64,000 nt of DNA from Minisyncoccota bacterium. Its GTDB lineage: Bacteria; Patescibacteriota; Minisyncoccia; Phycocordibacterales; DAORIS01. Position 1 is the first letter of the stretch, and each line of letters starts with the position of its first letter. A program made the translations under genes and the position numbers. Below the pieces are notes generated by a model. It was not told the DNA's origin and ran no database searches. It saw nothing but the letters and a program-made list of their open reading frames with translations. Below, piece after piece: positions 1 to 9,269 of this stretch. The stretch is from positions 56,104 through 120,103 of the forward strand of contig DAORIS010000001.1 in the NCBI GenBank assembly GCA_035438625.1. The letters are read 5' to 3'.

Positions 1-581
1 GTTATCTACTTTTAGGTGAAACCTTGACTCTGTTACAAGTCATTGGGGGAGTGTTTATTGTTTTTTCAAGTATTATCCTTACGCTTGAACTTGACTCAGA
101 ATCAGGAATAAAAATAAAAAGGAATATTTTATTTTTAATGCTTTCAGCTGCTGCACTAGTCGGACTATCAGACAGTATGTTTAAGTTCGGTGCGGTAACT
201 TACAATGTTACTCAAGCATTTTTTTGGGAGAATGTCGGATTGTTTATGTTTGGTCTAATTCTTTTATTTTTCAAAAAATATCGATTGAGTTTCATCAGTT
301 TAGTTAAGAAAAGCCCGGGAAGAACTACTGCATTAAACCTGGCTAGTGAGGGATTAACAGCCTTTGGTAACTTTCTTATTAGAGTAGCGATGCTAATTGC
401 ACCCGTTGCATTAGTTACTTCAGTAAGCAGTGTTCAGCCGCTTTTTGTTTTCATTATTAGTGTTTTATTAACAATCTTTTTTCCATTCATTTCTAAGGAA
501 AAAATTTCCAGAAAGCACTTGATACATAAAGTTTCCTGCATTACATGCATTGTCATTGGTGCAATTATATTATCGCTGTAA
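1..581 (+). CDS. DMT/EamA-like transporter, C-terminal part (5' end runs off the window; frame is open to position 1)
   Basis: Frame stays open upstream of the TTG at 24. The 185-aa translation contains about five hydrophobic helices (GGVFIVFSSIILTL, LFMFGLILLFF, IAPVALVTSVSSVQPLFVFIISVLL, ITCIVIGAIILSL), typical of the second EamA repeat. Confidence 0.4.
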   Translation, partial: YLLLGETLTLLQVIGGVFIVFSSIILTLELDSESGIKIKRNILFLMLSAAALVGLSDSMFKFGAVTYNVTQAFFWENVGLFMFGLILLFFKKYRLSFISLVKKSPGRTTALNLASEGLTAFGNFLIRVAMLIAPVALVTSVSSVQPLFVFIISVLLTIFFPFISKEKISRKHLIHKVSCITCIVIGAIILSL

Positions 582-582
582 C

Positions 583-610
583 TTGATTTTTTAATATTAT
601 GTGGTATAAT
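583..610 (+). promoter_or_regulatory. Sigma70-like promoter with extended -10 (TTGATT-16-TGgTATAAT) upstream of the ATP-grasp gene
   Basis: Read directly: cTTGATTttttaatattatgTGgTATAATac, 20 nt before the ATG at 631. Confidence 0.4.
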
Positions 611-630
611 ACACTAACCAAACTAATTTC

Positions 631-1995
631 ATGAGAATTCTATTCATTTCGAAAGATATGATTGCCGGTGACCTCTCGAGAAAACTCAAGGAAGAGGGTC
701 ATGATGTAAAGTTATTTATTGACACAAAAGACGGTAAACACTGTCTTGACGGCTTTGTTAATAAAACTCAAAACTGGAGAAGTGAACTTTCTTGGGTAGG
801 AAAAGAAGGCTTAATAGTATTTGATGATACTGGATACGGAAAAGTTCAAGACAAATTGCGCCAAGAAGGCTACGTTGTTTTTGGCGGATCAGAAATCGGA
901 GAAAAAATCGAGATTGATCGTGAGTACGGTCAGGAAATTTTCGCTCAATACGGAATAAAAACAGTGCCGCTGAAAGATTTTTTTGATGTAAGCGAAGCAA
1001 TTGAGTTCATTAAACAAAATCCAGGGAAGTGGGTTCTAAAACACAACGAACACCTTAATAAGCATTTGACCTACACCGGAATTCTTGATGATGGTAGCGA
1101 TGTAATTGATGTACTTGAAAATCATAGGAAAAATCACACATTGAGTGAAAAAACTATAACTTTACAAAAACTCTTAGAAGGAATTGAGATTGGAGTAGGA
1201 AGATTTTTTAATGGAAATGACTGGGTTGGGCCAATAGAAATGAATATTGAGCATACACGATTGTTTCCAGGTGATGTTGGTCCAATTACTAGTGAAATGG
1301 GTACATTAGCTTGGTATGATGATAGCGATTCAAATAAACTCTTTCAAGAAACACTTGCTAAGCTCAAACCATTCCTAAAAAGCACTGATTACCGTGGGGA
1401 TGTTGCAATTAATTGTATTGTAAATTCAGACGGCGCATTTCCACTTGAAGCAACTATGCGTCTCGGAACTCCTATAGTTCATCTACAATCCGAGATTCAC
1501 TCATCTCCATGGGGAGAATTTCTTCACGCAATAGCTTCCGGGGAAGAATATGATTTAAAGTGGAAAGTTGGATATGGTATTGCTGTTATGATCGCAGTTC
1601 CTCCGTTTCCATACGCACATAAATTGGGAAGATACTCACTAACTGGAGCAAGTATTTTTTGCAACTATAAACAAGGTACGAAAGAGGCCACACATATCCA
1701 TTTTGAAGAAGTTGGCATTAAAGATCACAAGCAATTGTACATTGCCGATTCTAGGGGTTACATTATGTATGCTACAAACATGGGCGACTCCGTAGAACAA
1801 GCAAGATCAAATGTATACAAAATCATTAAAGGGGTAAACATTCCACAAATGTTTTACCGAAACGATATCGGTTATAAATTTATCGTTGAAGATAAGATCA
1901 AGTTACAAAAATGGGGATACTTAAATAAGATTGAAAAAGTTGGGCATGAGAAAGTTAAGGGGGGAATTGAGTTTGATATATCAAAACTTTATTAA
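631..1995 (+). CDS. PurD-like ATP-grasp ligase (phosphoribosylamine-glycine ligase family, divergent)
   Basis: N-terminus [15 protein letters not shown]...EEGHDV matches the PurD pre-ATP-grasp start. [22 protein letters not shown] aligns to PurD [45 protein letters not shown] aligns to PurD [25 protein letters not shown]. 454 aa, longer than PurD. Confidence 0.55.
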   Translation: [454 protein letters not shown]

Positions 1996-2041
1996 CCTTA
2001 AAGCACCTATACTTCTACAGTATGGTGGTACAATTTAATTT

Positions 2042-2413
2042 GTGGAAATTAAAGATAAAATTTTTATAATCCTACTATTTGTTGCTTCAGTTTTAACTAT
2101 TTCTGCTGCATATAGTAGAGTGTACATAACAAAAGATTTTCTATTTACGATAGAAAGAGAGTGTTCTCCAGAGACAGAAAACTGTTTTGGATATGAATCA
2201 GAGGAAGGGGATACTATTTATTATAAGATACTTGAGGCCCCTGCCACACTCATAAACAATCAATGCGGAAACGATATAAGTAGCTGTGAAATTAGCTGCG
2301 ACGAATCAATTAAAAGTTGCAGATATATTTTTTGCACAGATCCCGATGCAGGAAAATATGGCGAGTGTTATTTAAATGAAGAAAACACAGATACACCTGA
2401 AACTTCTTTATGA
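2042..2413 (+). CDS. Small secreted cysteine-rich protein (GTG start; N-terminal signal/TM; 11 Cys)
   Basis: FIILLFVASVLTISAAYS signal-like segment followed by ECSPETENC...NQCGNDISSCEISCDESIKSCRYIFC...GECY. Stop overlaps the start of the next gene (ATGA at 2410-2413). Confidence 0.45.
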   Translation: MEIKDKIFIILLFVASVLTISAAYSRVYITKDFLFTIERECSPETENCFGYESEEGDTIYYKILEAPATLINNQCGNDISSCEISCDESIKSCRYIFCTDPDAGKYGECYLNEENTDTPETSL

Positions 2414-3462
2414 TAGATAAGGAATATGTAACTAAGATTTTATATATTGGATTAGATCCAGAAACTCCAATAGTAATTAATAAAAGGCCAATTCAAGTAA
2501 TAGGTGTTTCAAGCTTAGAATATTTCTCTTATCGTACCCTAAACCCGGCAAATTTATTATTTACCGCAACGTACAGGGCTCAAACAAACAAGATTAACAA
2601 ACGATTCACTCTATTTCTTTTTTGGCTATGGAAAGCAATTAGTTTTCTTTCAACATATCCATATAAAAAATATTCTAATTACCTATCTTTTTGTGTACTA
2701 AATTCTGTTCACATTATAGATGTATCTAACGAAGAGAGTACCCTAGATTACATTACTGAGAATCGCATTGAACTAATAGTAGTTAATAGTTGGTCAATAT
2801 TACCTCAAAAAATTGTTACAGCACCAACATTTGGCACATTAAACATACACCCATCAAAATTACCAATGTATAAAGGTGCATTACCTACACTTTGGTCTTT
2901 AAAAAATGGCGATTCCAAATCAGCCGTAACGTATCAAAAAATTGGCACGTTAATTGACGGTGGAGACATTATTTCTCAGTATGAATTTAATATCGATCCT
3001 ACCGACACTTCGCTGTCAATTGAGTTGAAGATTAGTCAAATTATTAAAAAAACCCTCTTTCAGGATATCCTTAACTATACAAATAAGAAAATTATTCTTA
3101 GACAACAACAAGGAATTGAATCGTGGACTGAAAAATATTCCCAATATATGCAAATTGATTGGGAACATGAAACATCAAAAGAAATTGCAGATAAAACAAT
3201 TTTATACCCTTTTCTGGAGCCTTTTTGTTATTGTTATAGCAGCATAAATGCTAATAAAGTTTACTTTAAGCGTCTTCGTGTACTACCAACACAAGGGAGA
3301 GGTACTTTTCAGCCTGGGCAATATATAATAAGAAATATGGGCATCGTTGTCACTACATATTCAGGAAATTTATTTGCAAGATTATTTATTGATGTACCTT
3401 TAAAAGATAGTCTTTTGCTGCTATTTAACAGTAATAGAAGGTTCGAAAAAACCACATTATGA
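2410..3462 (+). CDS. Formyltransferase-family protein (Fmt/ArnA/PurN-like N-domain plus C-terminal extension)
   Basis: LIVVNSWSILPQKIV...GTLNIHPSKLPMYKGALP matches the formyl_trans_N signature N-[IV]-H-P-S-L-L-P-x-[YF]-[RK]-G. Compare Fmt in this same window: LNIHPSLLPKYRGPSP. Translationally coupled to both neighbours. Confidence 0.6.
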   Translation: MIDKEYVTKILYIGLDPETPIVINKRPIQVIGVSSLEYFSYRTLNPANLLFTATYRAQTNKINKRFTLFLFWLWKAISFLSTYPYKKYSNYLSFCVLNSVHIIDVSNEESTLDYITENRIELIVVNSWSILPQKIVTAPTFGTLNIHPSKLPMYKGALPTLWSLKNGDSKSAVTYQKIGTLIDGGDIISQYEFNIDPTDTSLSIELKISQIIKKTLFQDILNYTNKKIILRQQQGIESWTEKYSQYMQIDWEHETSKEIADKTILYPFLEPFCYCYSSINANKVYFKRLRVLPTQGRGTFQPGQYIIRNMGIVVTTYSGNLFARLFIDVPLKDSLLLLFNSNRRFEKTTL

Positions 3463-5201
3463 CAACTTGCAACTTTCTTCCAGATCCAACATATCTTTTT
3501 TTTAGCTCAGAAGCACCAGTATTACTGTACTATTCACATTTTCCAGCAATAGCAATCACATTACTTCTTGGGTTGTTTGTATTTTTAAGCAATCGTACAC
3601 TTGCAAGTAAATTACTACTTACTATCTCGGTCTTACTTTCTGGATGGACATTACTTAATTTAATTGCATGGACAAACAATGTTGTTGAGAATGTATTATT
3701 TGTATGGTCACTGTTTGGATTAATGTATGGATTAATTTCTGTATTTTCTATATATCTTACTTATGTGTTCATACACAAGAATGATATTCCGTTAAGATAC
3801 AAAATTACATTTGGATTGCTCCTTTTACCAATTTTAATATTTACTTCAACAAAATTTAACCTGAGTGGTTTTTATTATGATCTTTGCGGAGCGTCAGGAC
3901 ATGAAAATGTTTACTTTTTAACGTACTACACTACACTTGGCATCATTTCGATGGTTTGGATTTTTGGACTACTTTTTAAGGCAATTAGAAGGTGCGATAC
4001 GCTTTTTAAAAAGCAAATTTTGCTATTTGGTATCGGTATAGAGTTATTCCTGTCATCTTTCTTTGTATCAAGCTTTCTTGCTAGTTACCTGAACGAGAAA
4101 GGACTTGTGTCTGACTACAGTTTAGAATTCTATGGTTTATTTGGAATGGTGCTGTTTATGGCATTTATTGCATTTATAATTGTTAGATTTAAAGCATTTA
4201 ACGTAAAACTTCTTGGTGCACAAGCCTTGATTGTGGCGCTGATAATTCTTATTGGATCGGAATTTCTATTTGTTGAGAACACATTAAACCAAGTATTAGT
4301 TTCTATTACATTAATTGTTACAGGAATAATCGGCATCGTATTGATTCGTAGTGTTAAGAAGGAAGATTTAGAAAAAGAGAAAATTGAGATGTTAGCAATA
4401 AGTCTTAAGGCAGCAAACGAAAGACTCGAGCGTCTCAACCAAGAGAAGACCGAATTCATCTCGCTTGCAACTCACCAAATCCGTGCTCCACTATCTGCAA
4501 TCAAAGGATACGCTTCACTCATCCTTGAAGGAGACTACGGAGAGACTTCTGATGATATTAAGGACGCAGTTTCAACCATGTACTCTTCTGCGCACAACCT
4601 TGTAGGTGTCGTTGGTGACTATCTCGATATCTCACGAATCGACCTTAACCGGATGAAGTTTAACTTCTCTGATGTTGATCTGAAGCAAACACTCTCAGAG
4701 ATCGTTAAGGAACAGCAACCAAACCTTCGTGGTAAGGGTCTTGAGCTACTCTGGCACCCAGACTCAAGCCTCGCAAAAACTGTTATTTCAGCCGACATTG
4801 GAAAGATTAAGCAGGTTATTAGTAACCTAATCGATAACGCGATTAAATACACTCCAAAGGGATCAATCACGCTTTCTCTTGCTAATGCTGCAAAACTTGA
4901 ACCTGGCACTAAGGGATTCAGGATCACGATCCAAGACACTGGTATCGGACTAAACGAACAGACAATACCTAAACTATTTAAGCGTTTCAGTCGTGCAGAC
5001 AGCGCTCATGAGGTAAACGTACATGGAACTGGTCTTGGACTATACCTCGCACGAAAGATGGTAGAGGCTCATAGTGGAAAAATCTGGGCTGAATCAGATG
5101 GAGAAGGAAAAGGTTCACGATTTATCATTGAACTTCCAGTAAAGGCAGAGCTTAGAGAGAATAGTTTGGCTGATGGAGAAGAGGAAGAAGGCAAAGTATA
5201 A
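3459..5201 (+). CDS. Sensor histidine kinase with polytopic (~7 TM) N-terminal sensor
   Basis: H-box EFISLATHQIRAPLSAIKGYASLI. N-box VISNLIDNAIKYT. G-box GTGLGLYLARKMVEAHSGKIWAESDGEGKGSRF. About seven hydrophobic helices in the first 300 aa. No response regulator adjacent. Confidence 0.85.
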   Translation: MTTCNFLPDPTYLFFSSEAPVLLYYSHFPAIAITLLLGLFVFLSNRTLASKLLLTISVLLSGWTLLNLIAWTNNVVENVLFVWSLFGLMYGLISVFSIYLTYVFIHKNDIPLRYKITFGLLLLPILIFTSTKFNLSGFYYDLCGASGHENVYFLTYYTTLGIISMVWIFGLLFKAIRRCDTLFKKQILLFGIGIELFLSSFFVSSFLASYLNEKGLVSDYSLEFYGLFGMVLFMAFIAFIIVRFKAFNVKLLGAQALIVALIILIGSEFLFVENTLNQVLVSITLIVTGIIGIVLIRSVKKEDLEKEKIEMLAISLKAANERLERLNQEKTEFISLATHQIRAPLSAIKGYASLILEGDYGETSDDIKDAVSTMYSSAHNLVGVVGDYLDISRIDLNRMKFNFSDVDLKQTLSEIVKEQQPNLRGKGLELLWHPDSSLAKTVISADIGKIKQVISNLIDNAIKYTPKGSITLSLANAAKLEPGTKGFRITIQDTGIGLNEQTIPKLFKRFSRADSAHEVNVHGTGLGLYLARKMVEAHSGKIWAESDGEGKGSRFIIELPVKAELRENSLADGEEEEGKV

Positions 5202-5229
5202 TTGCCTTTGAAAGATTTCGGCAAGAATA

Positions 5230-5754
5230 ATGCTGATAAAGATGCCAAAATATTTTTTACAATTAGGGTTCAGTTTGTATGCGACAATCGACAACATAAA
5301 ACAACCACAGTTTAGAAAATTGCTGTTCATTTTACTGTCTAAATATTTCCAAATATTGTTACTAGTTGCACCTTCTAGAAAATTCTCTATTTATCATCGA
5401 TTAGGTATCATTTCTCTTAGAAATAAGAATTTCAACAAAGCAGCCCATTACTCATCACGTATGGATACTCTTATTTCCTCAGAAGATGAGCATTCACGGT
5501 CATTGCTTTTTCATGCAAACGTTTTATTTGAGAAAGGAGAGTATCATGTGGCACTAAACGAATATTTTAACCTAATTAAAGTATCTAGATTTAAATCACT
5601 AATTCTTTCAAACATTGCATTTACATATGAAATAATTGGCGATGTTAGTAATGCTCAACTTTATGCTAAGAAATCAATTGAATTTTCAGCTTTAGAAAAA
5701 GATTTAGCACATACGATTGATCCATCTGAAAATCTAAAAAATTTGATCCAATAA
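5230..5754 (+). CDS. Hypothetical protein (TPR-like helical C-terminal half)
   Basis: ORF only. AT-rich, weak TPR-like pattern HANVLFEKGEYHVALNEYFNLIK...AFTYEIIGDVSNAQLYAKKSIEF. Confidence 0.3.
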   Translation: MLIKMPKYFLQLGFSLYATIDNIKQPQFRKLLFILLSKYFQILLLVAPSRKFSIYHRLGIISLRNKNFNKAAHYSSRMDTLISSEDEHSRSLLFHANVLFEKGEYHVALNEYFNLIKVSRFKSLILSNIAFTYEIIGDVSNAQLYAKKSIEFSALEKDLAHTIDPSENLKNLIQ

Positions 5755-5865
5755 CTTGACAACGTCTTTTGTAAAAGCTTTACTAATTCCAATCCATACT
5801 CCAATGAAGACACGAAACTAGTTTAATAGCTAAACCACCACGCAAGACGCGTTGGTATTTCGTGT

Positions 5866-7308
5866 ATGTCCATTAAGAACCCCAAACAATCCCTCATATC
5901 AATCAAGGGAATCAGTAAAAAATTTGACCAACTAGAAATCCTCAAGGATGCTAGTTTTTCTGTGCTACCTGGAGAGAAAATTGGCCTTGTGGGACCAAAC
6001 GGATCAGGGAAGAGCACACTATTCAAAATACTTGCAGAGCAAGTTGAAAAAGACGCTGGTGTAATTGAAAAGGCTAAAAGTATAAAGATTGAATACCTTC
6101 CTCAGACTCATGAAAATGATCCTAGTTATACTAACCAAAGTGGAGGTGAAATGGCGCGACAAATTCTTGCACCGATTATTGCCTCTAATGCCGACTTATT
6201 TCTCCTCGACGAGCCGACCAACAACCTCGATGCAGAAGGACTCGAGATGATTGAATTGTTTGTATCCAAAAGTAACAAAGCATTTATCATCATCTCTCAC
6301 GACCGTCGATTCCTGGATACGGTTGTTACAAAAATTCTTGATATCGATGTAGAAACAAAATCCATCATGATATATGACGGAAACTACAGCTCGTATGCTG
6401 AGCAAAAAGAAGCATTTCTCGAACGTCGATGGAAAGAATATACAGATAAAATAGAGGAAGTAGACAGGCTTAACACCTCGCTTACACAAAGAGTTTCGTG
6501 GATTAAAGAGATCGAACAAAAGCGTTTTAACATAAGGAACCTCCCAATCCACGAAAAGGAAAAGTCTCACGCTGCATATTTACGTGACAAAGAAGCCAAG
6601 GCGGGAAGGCGAGCTCGTGTCATGAAAGACAGGTTAGAAACATACAAGCAAGATGTTGAATCAGTTCGTAGACCAAAGGAGTTACTACCACTCAAAATAT
6701 CGTTTGATTCAAAGCGGGGCAGCACAAAGGTATTTGATCTCATCAAAGTTGAGAAGGAAATTGGTGATAAGCGAATAGGCCCTATTGATATGCACATCCA
6801 GCACGGAGACAGGATTCACATCACCGGTCCAAATGGGGCTGGAAAGACTACGTTTATCAAAATGTTGCTTGGAGAAATCCAACCAACCAATGGAGCAATC
6901 GAACGCGGAGAGACAGTTCATATTGGATACGTCCCACAAGAACGTTGGATACCGCGTGGAGACAAGACAGTCATAGAAGAATTTCTAGACACCTCAACGG
7001 CAAATGGTGTAGACATTTCTCAAACTGATGCACGAAAAATCCTCAATAGGTTTAGAATCACTGCTGAAGATGTATTAAAGCACCTTCGAGAGCTTAGTCC
7101 TGGCGAATACTCTCGACTAGTCATTGCTGAACTTGTTGCTCAAAAACCAACATGTATCATCCTGGATGAGCCAACAAACCACTTAGACCTTGAAGTTGCG
7201 ACTGAAATTGAAAAAGCACTTTCGACATATTCAGGAGCATTAATAATCGCGAGTCACGATAGGTATTTTGTTGAAAAAGTGGGACTTGATACTATGGTGA
7301 CACTATAG
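5866..7308 (+). CDS. ABC-F family ATPase (two tandem ABC domains, no TM domain)
   Basis: Walker A motifs GPNGSGKST and GPNGAGKTT. Signature motifs QSGGEMARQ and LSPGEYSRL. Walker B motifs LFLLDEPTNNLD and IILDEPTNHLD. Charged inter-domain linker. Confidence 0.85.
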   Translation: MSIKNPKQSLISIKGISKKFDQLEILKDASFSVLPGEKIGLVGPNGSGKSTLFKILAEQVEKDAGVIEKAKSIKIEYLPQTHENDPSYTNQSGGEMARQILAPIIASNADLFLLDEPTNNLDAEGLEMIELFVSKSNKAFIIISHDRRFLDTVVTKILDIDVETKSIMIYDGNYSSYAEQKEAFLERRWKEYTDKIEEVDRLNTSLTQRVSWIKEIEQKRFNIRNLPIHEKEKSHAAYLRDKEAKAGRRARVMKDRLETYKQDVESVRRPKELLPLKISFDSKRGSTKVFDLIKVEKEIGDKRIGPIDMHIQHGDRIHITGPNGAGKTTFIKMLLGEIQPTNGAIERGETVHIGYVPQERWIPRGDKTVIEEFLDTSTANGVDISQTDARKILNRFRITAEDVLKHLRELSPGEYSRLVIAELVAQKPTCIILDEPTNHLDLEVATEIEKALSTYSGALIIASHDRYFVEKVGLDTMVTL

Positions 7309-7310
7309 CC

Positions 7311-7814
7311 ATGAACATTAAATCAACATTCACAAATCGGTTTGGAGACACACTTCACGTATCCTATTTTGAATCTGATCCGTATCAAGACTTAGAAGGA
7401 AAGCATCTGAAAAATATTCATGCGTATTGTTTCCATAAAAGCAACCTCATCCTTGTTAACCACCCAAAAAGCGGATGGATGCCACCCGGAGGCGGGATTG
7501 AACCTGAAGAAACTGTAGAAGAAGCCACAATTCGTGAAGTAAAGGAAGAGACAAATATGAACGTACTTCATCAAGAGGTAATTGGGTATCAAGATGTAGA
7601 AGAAAAAGACGGCAAAATTATACGCCAAGTACGGTGCCTTTGTATTGTTGAGCCACACGGAGAATTTGTCTCAAATCCTGATGGAGAAATCATGGAAATA
7701 AAAGCCATTGATCCGTCTGAATACAAACAGTATTTTGATTGGTTACAAATTGGAGACAGGGTCATGGAAAGGGCTTTATACTTGAAAAGGTTGTACGAAA
7801 ATGAATTGATATAG
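7311..7814 (+). CDS. NUDIX hydrolase
   Basis: Nudix box GGGIEPEETVEEATIREVKEETNM (G-x5-E-x7-R-E-x-x-E-E). Confidence 0.75.
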   Translation: MNIKSTFTNRFGDTLHVSYFESDPYQDLEGKHLKNIHAYCFHKSNLILVNHPKSGWMPPGGGIEPEETVEEATIREVKEETNMNVLHQEVIGYQDVEEKDGKIIRQVRCLCIVEPHGEFVSNPDGEIMEIKAIDPSEYKQYFDWLQIGDRVMERALYLKRLYENELI

Positions 7815-7823
7815 TGTACTTCA

Positions 7824-8870
7824 ATGAGTGAGCCAGCAACACATCAGAATATAATCACTCTCTTTGGTGGCTCAAACGCTGAGCGACTAGTTTCAATTGC
7901 ATCCGCACAAAATGTATCAAGATTTATTGGCGGAGAAATTTGGTTCTGGGCAACTTCAGGAGAAATCTATAGCACACCACAGGAAGAACTTGAAGGTCAC
8001 AAAAACCCCTTTGTTTCAGAATTTCACCCGAAAGGAAAATTGTTATTCACTTCACTTGAGTCAGCATTAGATGACCCATCACTACAAAAACAGAAACCAA
8101 CTTTTTTCCTCGCCCTCCATGGAAAAGTCGGAGAAGACGGTGATGTTCAAAAGTTACTTGAAGAACGCGGGTATTCTTTTACTGGATCAAATTCAGTAGC
8201 GAGCAAGAATGCTTTCGAGAAAACAATTACAAACTCGATTGTTAAAAAGATGGGCATTAGAGTTCCACACTCTGCTACACGTAACACGAGCAACCTTACG
8301 CAATGTGCTCAGGTAATCACACAGATGTTACTGGCACACCAGTCACTCGTCCTTAAGCCCGTTGCAAGCGGATCAAGTGACGGACTATTTTTTGTTTCAA
8401 ATTTAGAACAACTAGAAGTAGCTATGAAGTCTCTTGCCCTTCGCCACAACGAAGAATTTCTTATTGAGGAAAGAATTTTTGGTACTGAAATTACAGTTGG
8501 GGTAATCGAAAGAAGTACTGGGCAAATTGAAATACTTCCTCCCACAGAAGTACGTGTAGATCTTGAGAAAACATTTGATTACGCAGGTAAATACCTAGGG
8601 CACGGTGCGGTAGAAATTACTCCAGCACAAATTTCTAATACTGATACAATAACCGCGCAAAATATCTCAAAGGATATTCATATCGCACTTGGCTGCAGAG
8701 GGTACTCACGAACAGATTTAATTTTGGACACAAAGGGTTTTGTATTCATCGAATTAAACACATTACCTGGACTAACAAACCAATCTTTTATTCCTCAACA
8801 ACTCGACGCTGCAGGCATTCCACTTCAAGCATTTATTGAAGAGCAAATTGCAATAGCACTACGTTCATAA
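7824..8870 (+). CDS. ddl: D-alanine--D-alanine ligase
   Basis: ATP-grasp Ddl pattern: FLALHGKVGEDGDVQKLLEERGYSFTGS N-domain and C-terminal GYSRTDLILDTKGFVFIELNTLPGLT. Confidence 0.8.
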   Translation: MSEPATHQNIITLFGGSNAERLVSIASAQNVSRFIGGEIWFWATSGEIYSTPQEELEGHKNPFVSEFHPKGKLLFTSLESALDDPSLQKQKPTFFLALHGKVGEDGDVQKLLEERGYSFTGSNSVASKNAFEKTITNSIVKKMGIRVPHSATRNTSNLTQCAQVITQMLLAHQSLVLKPVASGSSDGLFFVSNLEQLEVAMKSLALRHNEEFLIEERIFGTEITVGVIERSTGQIEILPPTEVRVDLEKTFDYAGKYLGHGAVEITPAQISNTDTITAQNISKDIHIALGCRGYSRTDLILDTKGFVFIELNTLPGLTNQSFIPQQLDAAGIPLQAFIEEQIAIALRS

Positions 8871-8937
8871 CCTGGACAAAGTGCGTTTTTAATGCCATTA
8901 TATTGACAGGCGTTATTTAACAGAAAGGAGGTATCCA

Positions 8938-9198
8938 ATGTCCGACACGCCAAACAAGCAAACCAGCCCGTATGACTGGTTTGCTCTAGAATTCACCAAG
9001 CATGTAGAGCGTGGTATAGAGTTAGTTGAGCGAGGTGGTACATCGGAAGATTACACTACTCAACACTACAATCTCATGCATCTAGAAAGTGCGGCGAAGG
9101 AAAAAGGACTTAATGATCAAGCGATTAGTATCGTGAAACATGAAGTCTTTGTGAAGTATGGCTTGATTGGAAAACGAGGATGCCATGGATGCACCTGA
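8938..9198 (+). CDS. Hypothetical small protein (first gene of the G+C-richer island)
   Basis: ORF with a strong SD (aaaggaggt) upstream. No recognised domain. Ends in a C-x-x-C. Confidence 0.35.
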   Translation: MSDTPNKQTSPYDWFALEFTKHVERGIELVERGGTSEDYTTQHYNLMHLESAAKEKGLNDQAISIVKHEVFVKYGLIGKRGCHGCT

Positions 9199-9269
9199 TC
9201 CAGCATAACCGGTTCTCTTTGCGGAGCACCGGTTATTTTTTCCAAATTACTTATTTGAAGGGAGTCTCT

